From an uncultured Porphyromonadaceae bacterium (GTDB taxonomy: Bacteria > Bacteroidota > Bacteroidia > Bacteroidales > UBA12481): a DNA stretch of 64,000 nucleotides. The notes below the pieces were generated by a model. It made no database searches, had not been told where the DNA came from, and worked only from the letters and a program-made list of their open reading frames with translations. Below, in pieces: positions 49,949 through 59,827 of the stretch (positions are counted from its first letter, which is position 1; each line of letters begins with the position of its first letter). Position numbers and translations under genes: made by a program. The stretch is from positions 36,550 through 100,549 of the forward strand of contig CAZEKJ010000014.1 of the NCBI GenBank assembly GCA_964512915.1, in the 5' to 3' direction.

Positions 49949-51439
49949 GTGAAAAAGCTTAACCTCTTTCTTTTCTTAAACTTTGGTTTAGTTCTCCTGG
50001 TGGCATCTGGATGCACGGTTCGTGAGAACGGTACCAGCCATCCTGAAGATCCCGTATTGCAGACCATTGAGAGGTACCTCGATTGGGAAGGCGAAAATGG
50101 ATTCAGTGGAACAGTCCTGGTTAAGACATCTGCCGGAGCGCCCCTGATCAAATGCTACGGGATGGCGAATGAAGAGCTTGGAATACCCAATAATCCTGAT
50201 GTTGTTTACAATATCGGGTCAATCACCAAACAATTCACCGGGGCAGCCATACTCAAGCTCCAGATGATGGGCAAACTAACCGTTTCTGACAGCATTTCGA
50301 AGTACATTCCTGGTTTGACCGCTGAACCAGGTTCCATCACTTTCCATCAGCTTTTGACGCACACATCGGGTTTGCCTGCTGATTTTGGTTCAAATACGGA
50401 AATCATTACGCGTGATGAACTTCTCATCCGTTTGAGGCAGACAACTGTTGAAAAAAACTCAACTGGCAGATTTAATTATTCCCACGCCGGGTATAATATT
50501 CTGGGAGTTCTCATCGAAATGATATCGGGTATGGATTACGAGGCCTTTATCCATCAGTATCTTTTCAAACCGGCCGGAATGAAGAGAACCGGTTACAGAA
50601 TCCCCGACTGGGCCAATTCGATTGTGGCTCATGGATACAGATTCTGCAATGACTGGGGCAGGCCGATGGATTCGGGTTGGCTGGATGACGGGCCTTCGTG
50701 GACCCGAAGGGCCAGCGGAGGTATGCTTAGTACCGCTACCGATCTGTATGCATGGCATCTGGCCCTTCTTGGAAATGAGATCCTGGATGAAAAATCCAAA
50801 AAGCAATACTATTATCCCGAACCTGCGGTTCAGGCCTGGGGGAACTCTTCATCCGGGTATGGCTGGCTGATCGTAAAATCGGTTTATAATACTGAAGTAA
50901 TTGCACATAATGGCTGGAACGGTATGTTCTTTGCCGATTTCCTTCGGTATCTTAAGGAGGACATTACCATTGTTGTCCTGTCGAACCGCTTCAGGGAAGG
51001 TAACGACCTGCTTGCTTCAGAATTGGCAAAAGGGGTATTCAAGTATCCCCAAAAACCCGACCTGGTTGGAAGGAAAACAGTCTGCCTTGATACTCTTCCC
51101 GATAACAGGATCGGCTCATTAACCCGAAATTTTCTGGTTCTGCTGGCAAATGGTTCAGCTAACGATTTCAAAAATTTTATTAAGCAGGACCTTGCAAGCC
51201 AAATGATTAAGAAGTACAGCAATGATGCCCTGGTAGATTCATTGCAGAGTCTGCAGAATAAATCCGGGGCAGTCAAGGTGCGGCAGGTACGATTATATGA
51301 CAACCGGATCATCACCCTCGATGTTCTGCAGTTGAAGGACAACCTGGAAGCATCCATGGTGTTGTTTTTTGATGAAAACGAGGACTATCGGATCCGGAGA
51401 ATTTCCTACAGCGGTCCCGAGGATCGAAAATTTCGCTGA
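49949..51439 (+). CDS. Serine hydrolase (beta-lactamase/AmpC-like fold) lipoprotein
   Basis: SxxK in 'IGSITKQFT', 'LLTHTSG', 'FNYSHAGY', 'IAHNG'; lipobox 'VASGC'. Confidence 0.87.
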   Translation: MKKLNLFLFLNFGLVLLVASGCTVRENGTSHPEDPVLQTIERYLDWEGENGFSGTVLVKTSAGAPLIKCYGMANEELGIPNNPDVVYNIGSITKQFTGAAILKLQMMGKLTVSDSISKYIPGLTAEPGSITFHQLLTHTSGLPADFGSNTEIITRDELLIRLRQTTVEKNSTGRFNYSHAGYNILGVLIEMISGMDYEAFIHQYLFKPAGMKRTGYRIPDWANSIVAHGYRFCNDWGRPMDSGWLDDGPSWTRRASGGMLSTATDLYAWHLALLGNEILDEKSKKQYYYPEPAVQAWGNSSSGYGWLIVKSVYNTEVIAHNGWNGMFFADFLRYLKEDITIVVLSNRFREGNDLLASELAKGVFKYPQKPDLVGRKTVCLDTLPDNRIGSLTRNFLVLLANGSANDFKNFIKQDLASQMIKKYSNDALVDSLQSLQNKSGAVKVRQVRLYDNRIITLDVLQLKDNLEASMVLFFDENEDYRIRRISYSGPEDRKFR

Positions 51440-51489
51440 CGTTTAGGCCAAATTTTCGCATATTTACATCCTCCATGGGGATGTGAAAT

Positions 51490-52419
51490 ATGGCAGACGA
51501 GATAATTTTTAAAGAGGGCCAGCGGTTCCAGTTTACTATTTCGAATAAGTTGGTTTTACCCGGAACCGATGAGGTCAATTTCATCCTGATCGGACCCGAT
51601 CAGAAAAAGTACCTGCTACCAGAACTGTTTTATGTTAATTATCACTTAAAAATCGGACAAGTAATTAACTGTACTATCGATAAAATCAATTGCTCAGGCA
51701 AGATTTTTCTCGAACCTGACCATCCCTATTACAAGATTGCTGAACGCTATGATTTTTTAGTTTTAAGAATTACCCAGACTGAAAGTTTTATCGGAAAACC
51801 GCAGATGGTCGCCTGGGTTAAGGACTTGCATGGACTGGAGTGGGCTTGCCCGATTGATAAATCCGATGATATTGAAATCGGCTATTCGCACCTCGCCTGC
51901 CGGGTTGACCGAATTAAAAAGGGGGAATTGGTGCTATCGCTGCCGGCTATGACGAGCAGGTTCATGACATTAAAAACCGGCCAGAATTATACCTTCAGGA
52001 TTCAGGATATCAAGACTTTCCTAAACGAGCAGTTTTATATTCTCAAGGATACCATCGGGAATTTTCATCGCCTGCCGGTAATGGATTTCATTCATTACGG
52101 AATGAAACCCGGTCAGGAGATTGAAGCGACATTGGTTAAGTATAAACCAGACGGTGAATGTCTTATTGAACCCATCCATCCTCATTACAAGATTGGCGAA
52201 ACCTATAAATTCAAGTTTGTCGGCCTGGAGAAAACAATTGACCTGTTTGGTCGGGTTGAAGCGGTTATTACCGTTGAGGACATATTTCAGCAAACCGTAA
52301 AAGTTAAACCTCAGGATTGGCAAATTCGTTCAGAAATGTACAATCCTGAACACATAACATGCCTGGTTCAGCGATTTAAAAAAGGAAGGCCGGTACTCAT
52401 AAATGTGGAAAGTATTTAA
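51490..52419 (+). CDS. Hypothetical cytoplasmic protein with internal two-fold duplication (possibly four OB/S1-like barrels)
   Basis: 'EPDHPYYKIAERYDF' vs 'EPIHPHYKIGETYKF'; 'CRVDRIKKGELVL' vs 'CLVQRFKKGRPVL'. Confidence 0.7.
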   Translation: MADEIIFKEGQRFQFTISNKLVLPGTDEVNFILIGPDQKKYLLPELFYVNYHLKIGQVINCTIDKINCSGKIFLEPDHPYYKIAERYDFLVLRITQTESFIGKPQMVAWVKDLHGLEWACPIDKSDDIEIGYSHLACRVDRIKKGELVLSLPAMTSRFMTLKTGQNYTFRIQDIKTFLNEQFYILKDTIGNFHRLPVMDFIHYGMKPGQEIEATLVKYKPDGECLIEPIHPHYKIGETYKFKFVGLEKTIDLFGRVEAVITVEDIFQQTVKVKPQDWQIRSEMYNPEHITCLVQRFKKGRPVLINVESI

Positions 52420-52430
52420 AATGGAAAACT

Positions 52431-53894
52431 ATGGTTTCCAGGTCTTCATTAATTAACCGGCTCCTCCTGCTGGGGGTTTTCTTCCTCGCTGCTGCCCCTG
52501 TTAAGGCGCAGCAAAAGCAAGTTACTATCCGCCTGAACTTCCTTTCACCCATAAGCTCCTCAACGAAAATTAATCCCGCAGTTCTTAAGTTCAATAAGCA
52601 ATTTGCTTTCAGTTTTACCCTTGATGATGGGCTGGATGATTCCTACACGCTGGCATTTCCACTACTAAGAGGGGGATATTGCGAGGTTAATCAACAGACC
52701 TATCCCGGACTTTTTTTCACAGATGGGTGTGGGACCAAAATTCCATTTACCGCGGGCATCTCCTGGTATACGGTAAATAACGCCGGTCTTGATATCCACA
52801 ACGGGACCCCGGGCTATCTGACCTATGCACAGGTTAACCTGATGTATCAGGCCGGTTGGGATTTTTACAACCACAGCTATAACCATACAACTTCAACGCA
52901 ATCAGTTGATTTTATTTGGCAGCTTCAATCCAATCATACTGCTTTCAAGAGTAAAACCGGAATAGACTTTCGATATTGCGTTCCACCCTCGGGCGATACC
53001 CGATACATTGATCCTGCTTTTTCCTTTGGATACATTTCCTGTATTACCAGTGATTATGCCTATTCCAATTCAGGCAGAGGCGCCGATGTAACCCTGCCGG
53101 TTTCATTGCCGAAGCCGGTTTTCTGGCGCAATCATATCAACAGTAATGACGATAACCTTGTATCCCTGAAAAATCAGATTTCCACCTGGGTTTCAACAAC
53201 GGGATCCGATCAGCAAAAATGGTGGAATGAATTCACCCATCGGGTCTCTTATACGAATCCGGGCGGTTCGTTGGAATTTCCTGTCTTTAAAGGTTATATG
53301 GAGTATCTTGAGTCTGAGTATGGTTACAGTGGAAGGGACAACGGCTGGTTTGCCAACTCGGCGGAAGTAATTGATTACATGCTTGTGCGGGACAAGATCA
53401 AAATTACGGTTCAGACCAGCGGAACCCTGATGGAGATCAGGCTTGATTACAGCGAGGTTCCGGCTAACCTTAGAAATTATGATGTTAGTCTGATTCTCGG
53501 AACCACCTCTGAAATTGCATCCGCAACAATTCTGACTTCAGGTAGGGTTACCTTTGCAAAAAAATCGAACCATTCCATAGTAAATATTGACCTGCCGGAT
53601 TCCCATTTTTCGGGAATTACGGAGACTTTGCCTGTTTCGATTAATCCGATATCCGTATATCCAAATCCGGCGAGCCAGCATATCAGGATAAAATATCCGG
53701 ATATGACCCCTGACGTAAAGGTTTTATTAATGAGGATCGATGGGACTTTCTGTGTCCCTCCGCCAGTTACCTGGTCTAACGGCCAGCTTGAAATGGATCT
53801 TTCCGGTGCTGACTATTCAGCCGGAACCTATATTGTTACCGTGCAGGATCGCAAAGCGGGTTCGCACAGCGCCCGCTTCATCCTGATCAGGTAG
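52431..53894 (+). CDS. T9SS-secreted NodB-like polysaccharide deacetylase-domain protein
   Basis: Signal peptide; 'FSFTLDDG' and 'FYNHSYNH' metal motifs; CTD 'VYPNPASQHIRI...GTYIVTV...RFILIR'. Confidence 0.78.
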   Translation: MVSRSSLINRLLLLGVFFLAAAPVKAQQKQVTIRLNFLSPISSSTKINPAVLKFNKQFAFSFTLDDGLDDSYTLAFPLLRGGYCEVNQQTYPGLFFTDGCGTKIPFTAGISWYTVNNAGLDIHNGTPGYLTYAQVNLMYQAGWDFYNHSYNHTTSTQSVDFIWQLQSNHTAFKSKTGIDFRYCVPPSGDTRYIDPAFSFGYISCITSDYAYSNSGRGADVTLPVSLPKPVFWRNHINSNDDNLVSLKNQISTWVSTTGSDQQKWWNEFTHRVSYTNPGGSLEFPVFKGYMEYLESEYGYSGRDNGWFANSAEVIDYMLVRDKIKITVQTSGTLMEIRLDYSEVPANLRNYDVSLILGTTSEIASATILTSGRVTFAKKSNHSIVNIDLPDSHFSGITETLPVSINPISVYPNPASQHIRIKYPDMTPDVKVLLMRIDGTFCVPPPVTWSNGQLEMDLSGADYSAGTYIVTVQDRKAGSHSARFILIR

Positions 53895-53912
53895 TTCTGT
53901 AAAAAACTGATT

Positions 53913-54485
53913 ATGAGAGTATACACGCGCACCGGCGACAAAGGGGAAACCTCCCTGGCCAGCGGCACCCGCATCAGAAAAGACCATCCACGGCTCGAAG
54001 CGTATGGAACCGTTGACGAATTGAATGCCCATCTGGGCGTCATCCAATCCGGCATTCCGGATCCTTTGGAAAAGCACCGCCTGACTGCTATTCAAAACCG
54101 GGTTTTCATTGTTTCATCCACTCTCGCTGTGGATGACCCGAGGTTTCTGGAAAAGCTTCCGAAAATTCTGGAGGAGGATATTACTGACCTTGAGCAGGCG
54201 ATGGACCGGATGCTCGACTTAATGCCGCCTTTAAAGAATTTTATTTTACCGGCCGGACATATGCTTGTGGCCCAGTGTCATGTGGCACGAACGGTTTGCC
54301 GACGGGCAGAGCGAATGATGATCACGGTGGGCAATGAGATCGATGTGGAACCCTTTTTAATCCGATATATTAACCGGCTCTCGGACTATCTTTTTGTACT
54401 TGCAAGAAAGTGTTCGTATGACCTTGGGGCAGGGGAGACGATCTGGACGTCAGATTTCAGAGAAAGGGAGAAAGCGGGACAATAG
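53913..54485 (+). CDS. ATP:cob(I)alamin adenosyltransferase, PduO type
   Basis: 'VYTRTGDKGETSL', 'RLEAYGTVDELNA', 'FILP', 'ARTVCRRAER', 'YINRLSDYLFVLAR'. Confidence 0.95.
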   Translation: MRVYTRTGDKGETSLASGTRIRKDHPRLEAYGTVDELNAHLGVIQSGIPDPLEKHRLTAIQNRVFIVSSTLAVDDPRFLEKLPKILEEDITDLEQAMDRMLDLMPPLKNFILPAGHMLVAQCHVARTVCRRAERMMITVGNEIDVEPFLIRYINRLSDYLFVLARKCSYDLGAGETIWTSDFREREKAGQ

Positions 54486-54510
54486 CAACACCAAGGAAAA
54501 CCTATTTTAA

Positions 54511-55872
<1,362 letters not shown>

Positions 55873-55887
55873 CAGCTTACTATACAT

Positions 55888-55918
55888 AAAAAGCCGCTCC
55901 TCTGGGGCGGCTTTTTTT
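55888..55918. terminator. Bidirectional intrinsic terminator after eno
   Basis: AAAAAGCCGCTCC-TCT-GGGGCGGCTTTTTTT. Confidence 0.82.
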
Positions 55919-55923
55919 ATTTC

Positions 55924-56670
55924 CTATTGAGCAACAAAGTGGTATATGATATGCCCCTGCTGAAGAAGCGGGGCCGAGGTGCTGTAATTGAACCTCGTTT
56001 TCAGTGCGGCTTCCTTTGCCGAATCAAGAAAGCAGTTATCACGGGTATCGGTGCCGGCTCCATTTATGCTGACCGCTTCCACTTTACCGCGCTGCCCCAC
56101 ACGTATGTCAACCTGCACCGTTGCTCCTCCCTTGCACTTGTAAACAGGGATCGGCAGGTAGGAAACCTTACGGTCGTCAAGCTTATAGTAAATATTTGTG
56201 GGGCCTTTGTAAACCTGCTCTTCTTCAATCTTCTTTGCTTCATAGAATCCGGTAGGCTTTGACTCGGTCGGCGGCAACTCCTTATCGGTAGGGTTCAGCT
56301 TATTCTCCTTAATGATCTCCTTAACAGCCTGGTCAGCCCGGGCTTTCGCCACACGCTCGGCCGCACGGTTCGAAACCCGGAAATTCTGATAATCATCGTA
56401 TTTTTCTACCTGGTCTTCATTCTGATTTACCGCGATATTCCGGGCTTTGCGCGATGGGGCGGCAGGCTGCCGGAACTGAGGAACCAGATCCAGCTTCTTA
56501 ATTTCCTCAAGTGCCTTAATATCAATATAAACCAATTCCTCTTTGTCCTCCTTGAGGTTATTGACCTTGATGGCTAAAACACACGTGAGCATAAACATAT
56601 GAACCAGGAGGGTTCCTATGATCCCGTATTTCTTCTCTAAAATCAGCTTTATCAACGAATTACCTGCCAA
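55924..56670 (-). CDS. TonB-like membrane-anchored protein (energy transducer TonB C-terminal domain)
   Basis: Single N-terminal TM segment, charged linker, C-terminal 'PIPVYKC..GATVQVDIRV...GKV...A..AA.KTRFN...Q.G.IIYHF'. Confidence 0.65.
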   Translation of the reverse strand: MAGNSLIKLILEKKYGIIGTLLVHMFMLTCVLAIKVNNLKEDKEELVYIDIKALEEIKKLDLVPQFRQPAAPSRKARNIAVNQNEDQVEKYDDYQNFRVSNRAAERVAKARADQAVKEIIKENKLNPTDKELPPTESKPTGFYEAKKIEEEQVYKGPTNIYYKLDDRKVSYLPIPVYKCKGGATVQVDIRVGQRGKVEAVSINGAGTDTRDNCFLDSAKEAALKTRFNYSTSAPLLQQGHIIYHFVAQ

Positions 56671-56729
56671 TTTCTCTATAAGGTTTTGATTTATTTCTAC
56701 CGGCTAAAAGTAATGATTAAACTTGTGCC

Positions 56730-57461
56730 ATGACCCGTATAATGCTTGACATTCTCTACCAGGATGAATTTATTGTAGCCGTCAATAAGCCGTCAGGACT
56801 GCTTGTTCACCGCACCTACCTTGACCCCGATTCAGAACTGTTTGCTGTACAGATCGTACGGGATCAGATCGGGAAATGGGTTTACCCGGTGCACCGGCTG
56901 GATAAGCCTACCTCAGGGGTTTTGTTATTCGGGCTTAGCCCGGAAATCGCGAAAATAATAAGTGATTCTTTTGAAACGCAGGGATTCAAAAAAACCTATC
57001 TGGCCGTTTTGAGGGGATATTGTCCGGAATCCGGCACCATTGATTATGAAATTCCTGTCAACCGGCGAGGAGACAAAAGGAATGCACTTACACATTACCG
57101 CCGGCTGGCAACTTCAGAGATTTCCTATCCGGTGGGAATATTTGAGACCGCACGCTATTCGCTTGTAGCCGCCGAACCTGTCACCGGTCGAAGACACCAG
57201 CTCCGTCGTCACTTTAAGCATATTTTCTACAACATTATCGGGGATACGCAGTATGGCGACCGTTATCACAACCGGTTCCTGCAGTCCCAGTTTGATCTGG
57301 ATAACCTATTCCTGCATGCGGCAGTTCTGACTCTTAAACACCCTGCGTCAGGGGAGCCACTAACTATTAAAGCAGACCTGCCCCGAAACTGGGAGAAGCT
57401 TGCCGGTATTCTGGACTGGAAAACAGTCCTTTACGAGTGCGGTTATTCCTTTGAACCTTAA
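56730..57461 (+). CDS. truC: RluA-family pseudouridine synthase, TruC-like
   Basis: 'AVNKPSGLLVH', catalytic 'PVHRLDKPTSG', 'TGRRHQLRRH', 'IIGDTQYG', 'LFLHA'. Confidence 0.8.
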   Translation: MTRIMLDILYQDEFIVAVNKPSGLLVHRTYLDPDSELFAVQIVRDQIGKWVYPVHRLDKPTSGVLLFGLSPEIAKIISDSFETQGFKKTYLAVLRGYCPESGTIDYEIPVNRRGDKRNALTHYRRLATSEISYPVGIFETARYSLVAAEPVTGRRHQLRRHFKHIFYNIIGDTQYGDRYHNRFLQSQFDLDNLFLHAAVLTLKHPASGEPLTIKADLPRNWEKLAGILDWKTVLYECGYSFEP

Positions 57462-57466
57462 AATGA

Positions 57467-57499
57467 GAAGGGGACGCCCTAACCCAAGGCATCCCCTTC
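57467..57499. terminator. Probable terminator hairpin between convergent genes
   Basis: GAAGGGGACGCC...GGCATCCCCTTC, an imperfect stem. Confidence 0.5.
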
Positions 57500-57528
57500 A
57501 TGCTTAACCAATCTAAATTGACCTATTG

Positions 57529-58725
57529 CTAATATTTTCTGATCTGATCTTCGTCCCTGATGACAATTTCAGGTTTTCCTTCCCATACATTGATCAGGCC
57601 GACCACCCAGATATGTTCATTTTCGAAATACCATTTCGGGCTCATTGAAATGTTTCTTGCCAGATATTTCGGAACCACAACACTTACATCATGGTAGGGG
57701 AAGGGGGCGCCGATATAGAGAATGTAGTTCTCATCTTCCTGCGAGTAAAACACCTCTTCCACTTTTCCGTATATTCTCTTCACGCTACCTGCGTATTCCA
57801 TTGCATCGTAGGCTGATATGGTTTCTATTTCCCTGCCGAAATCAATGTTCCAGTTGTCGTAGGTAGGGTAGTAATACATGAACCTATGGAGCAGCAGCGG
57901 AGTCCAGATCAGGTCGATGTGAACCGGCCTGCGGTACACGTAACGTACTCTTCTGATTTCCCAGGGAATAGGTACATAATTGGTATGATAGTGATTAACT
58001 ACCCTTATGTGCCTGTGGCTGTACCAGTTATTGTAGTCCCTGTATTCCCGACGGAAATCATCTGACCGGCGCAGGTTTTCATAGTTATCATAGTCCAGTT
58101 TGTATCTGCGTGAAGCAAATACTTCATCGTTCTGGTGGCGGATTACCGAGCCGTCTTCGCGGGTAAGGGTTCCTTTGCCTTCACGGAAAACCCGCGTAGC
58201 CGAACTGGTATTTCCCCTTACAGCCGCCGGCTCATTGGTCCGGGTGGTAGTTCTGACATTTTCACTTCGGGTTGCTGCGCTGCCACTCTTGGTCTCCGGC
58301 CTGGTTACGGTAGTGGTGCGGGTCCGGGTCTGACCCTGGGCCTGACCTTCATACTTTCTTACCGGCGGGTTCTCGGTACGAACCGAGCGCTGAGTATTTC
58401 CGGATGAGGTGGAACGCTGAGTGTTCCCGGATGAAACCTGACGCTGAGCACTTCCTGAAGTCACTGAACGCTCAGTGCTGCGGGTAGCTGCCTTTTGGTT
58501 GTAATCAGCACTGCGGCTTCGTTCTACATTGGACCGGGTTGCTGCGCTTGAACCGGATGATTTCCTGTCACCGGAGGATTTTGATTCCGACCTGTTAACC
58601 GACTTGGTGGCTTCAGAACGGGAGCTGCCTTTTTCGCTTTTTGATTCCCTTGCTGACCTGGTTGCCTGCGGGTAGGCGGTAGTTCCGGCTGCCAGGATGA
58701 TCGCAAAGATTAGTAAGTTTTTCAT
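57529..58725 (-). CDS. Exported protein with a long Ser/Arg/Thr low-complexity region, a Tyr/Arg-rich segment and a C-terminal OB-fold-like domain
   Basis: Signal peptide 'MKNLLIFAIILAAGTTAYPQ'; C-terminus 'A.EYAG....IYGKV..V...LYIG.PFP...V...VVGLI..WEGKPEIVI....QI'. Confidence 0.75.
   Translation of the reverse strand: MKNLLIFAIILAAGTTAYPQATRSARESKSEKGSSRSEATKSVNRSESKSSGDRKSSGSSAATRSNVERSRSADYNQKAATRSTERSVTSGSAQRQVSSGNTQRSTSSGNTQRSVRTENPPVRKYEGQAQGQTRTRTTTVTRPETKSGSAATRSENVRTTTRTNEPAAVRGNTSSATRVFREGKGTLTREDGSVIRHQNDEVFASRRYKLDYDNYENLRRSDDFRREYRDYNNWYSHRHIRVVNHYHTNYVPIPWEIRRVRYVYRRPVHIDLIWTPLLLHRFMYYYPTYDNWNIDFGREIETISAYDAMEYAGSVKRIYGKVEEVFYSQEDENYILYIGAPFPYHDVSVVVPKYLARNISMSPKWYFENEHIWVVGLINVWEGKPEIVIRDEDQIRKY
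58387..58467 (-). repeat. Three degenerate 27-nt tandem units inside the CDS (9-aa repeats)
   Basis: The units encode SVTSGSAQR / QVSSGNTQR / STSSGNTQR. Confidence 0.75.
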
Positions 58726-58817
58726 GACTTTGGATTTTGGGTGTGTATTATGATAACCCACAAGCAAATGACTTGCCAAAACCCGTCATAAAAGGAAGAC
58801 AACCGCAGATAACTGAT

Positions 58818-58847
58818 TAAGTGAGCTAAATCAGCCGATAAGTGAGC
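58818..58847. promoter_or_regulatory. Perfect 9-bp direct repeat with 12-bp spacer (LytTR-type geometry)
   Basis: TAAGTGAGC at 58818-58826 and 58839-58847. Confidence 0.55.
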
Positions 58848-58864
58848 AGAATAAATATGAGATA

Positions 58865-59827
58865 TCAGAAGGAAACCTGTTCACCCGCATCCAGGCGCGT
58901 GGCTTTTTCATAGAACCACTGAGAGGTAAAAAGATCGAACAAGGCCATCCCGACGGACTTAAACAGTGTGGTTCCGGCAATGTCAGTCTGAACTTTTCCC
59001 CGAATCAGGGCACCCAGAGGAGTCACCTGTTTTTGCTTGAGCAATCCCATCTCGATCGGATGAATAAGGTCGCCCGATTCTTCCAGGGCGAAAGGCACAT
59101 CTACAAAACAATGATCCAGCAGGGTAAACAAAACATCTGGAATCTCCCTCATTTGGGGTTTGTAGGAGCCGATGGCGATTATATGCTTATTCAAAAGCAG
59201 GGATGCATCATCCGGAAGCACCGGCTTAATGGAATTGGTTGCAGTAATAATAACCTGTGATTTCTCAGTAAGTTCTTCAGCAGATGAAACAAGATGCATC
59301 TGAACCTCCGGCAACGAAGACTTTAGGCAGGCAATAAAAGAGTTTGCACGTTCCGGGATTTTATCCAGAATGTAAATATTCCGGATGGGACGAACCACGC
59401 TTGCCGCCAATACCTGGTGCATGCCCTGCACTCCGGCGCCTATCAGGCCAAGGGAAGATACATTTTCAGGGGTGGTATAACGGATCCCTGCGGCAGAAAC
59501 AGCTGCGGTTCTGATGGCAGTAAGCTTGGCTCCGTTGAATATCGCGAGAGGCTGTCCGGATTCAGCATTGTTCAAAACCACCATACCCTTGATTACAGGC
59601 TCGTTACGGCTTGGGTTATCTGGGATAAGGCTGACGAGTTTGGTACAGAAATACTTTCCGCTTTGGGCCGGCATCAATAATAAAGTATTGTTGGCAAACC
59701 CCATGGATATGCGGTCAGGCATCACAAAATCGCCATTCTCATAGGCAACCATGGCTTTGATCATCTGGTCGATAAGGGCAGTCCAGTCGGTTAGCTGCGC
59801 CAGGGAAGATTCATTAAGGACTAACAT
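58865..59827 (-). CDS. Ornithine cyclodeaminase / mu-crystallin family protein
   Basis: 'LTAIRTAAVSA', 'LIGAGVQG', 'IGSYKP.MRE', 'FKSVGMALFD'. Confidence 0.9.
   Translation of the reverse strand: MLVLNESSLAQLTDWTALIDQMIKAMVAYENGDFVMPDRISMGFANNTLLLMPAQSGKYFCTKLVSLIPDNPSRNEPVIKGMVVLNNAESGQPLAIFNGAKLTAIRTAAVSAAGIRYTTPENVSSLGLIGAGVQGMHQVLAASVVRPIRNIYILDKIPERANSFIACLKSSLPEVQMHLVSSAEELTEKSQVIITATNSIKPVLPDDASLLLNKHIIAIGSYKPQMREIPDVLFTLLDHCFVDVPFALEESGDLIHPIEMGLLKQKQVTPLGALIRGKVQTDIAGTTLFKSVGMALFDLFTSQWFYEKATRLDAGEQVSF

Noticed and set aside
49949-51439. Beta-lactamase resistance gene
   Set aside because: It has SxxK but belongs to the broad AmpC-like serine hydrolase family with an extra C-terminal domain. 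Peptidase or esterase activity is as likely, and there is no mobile context.
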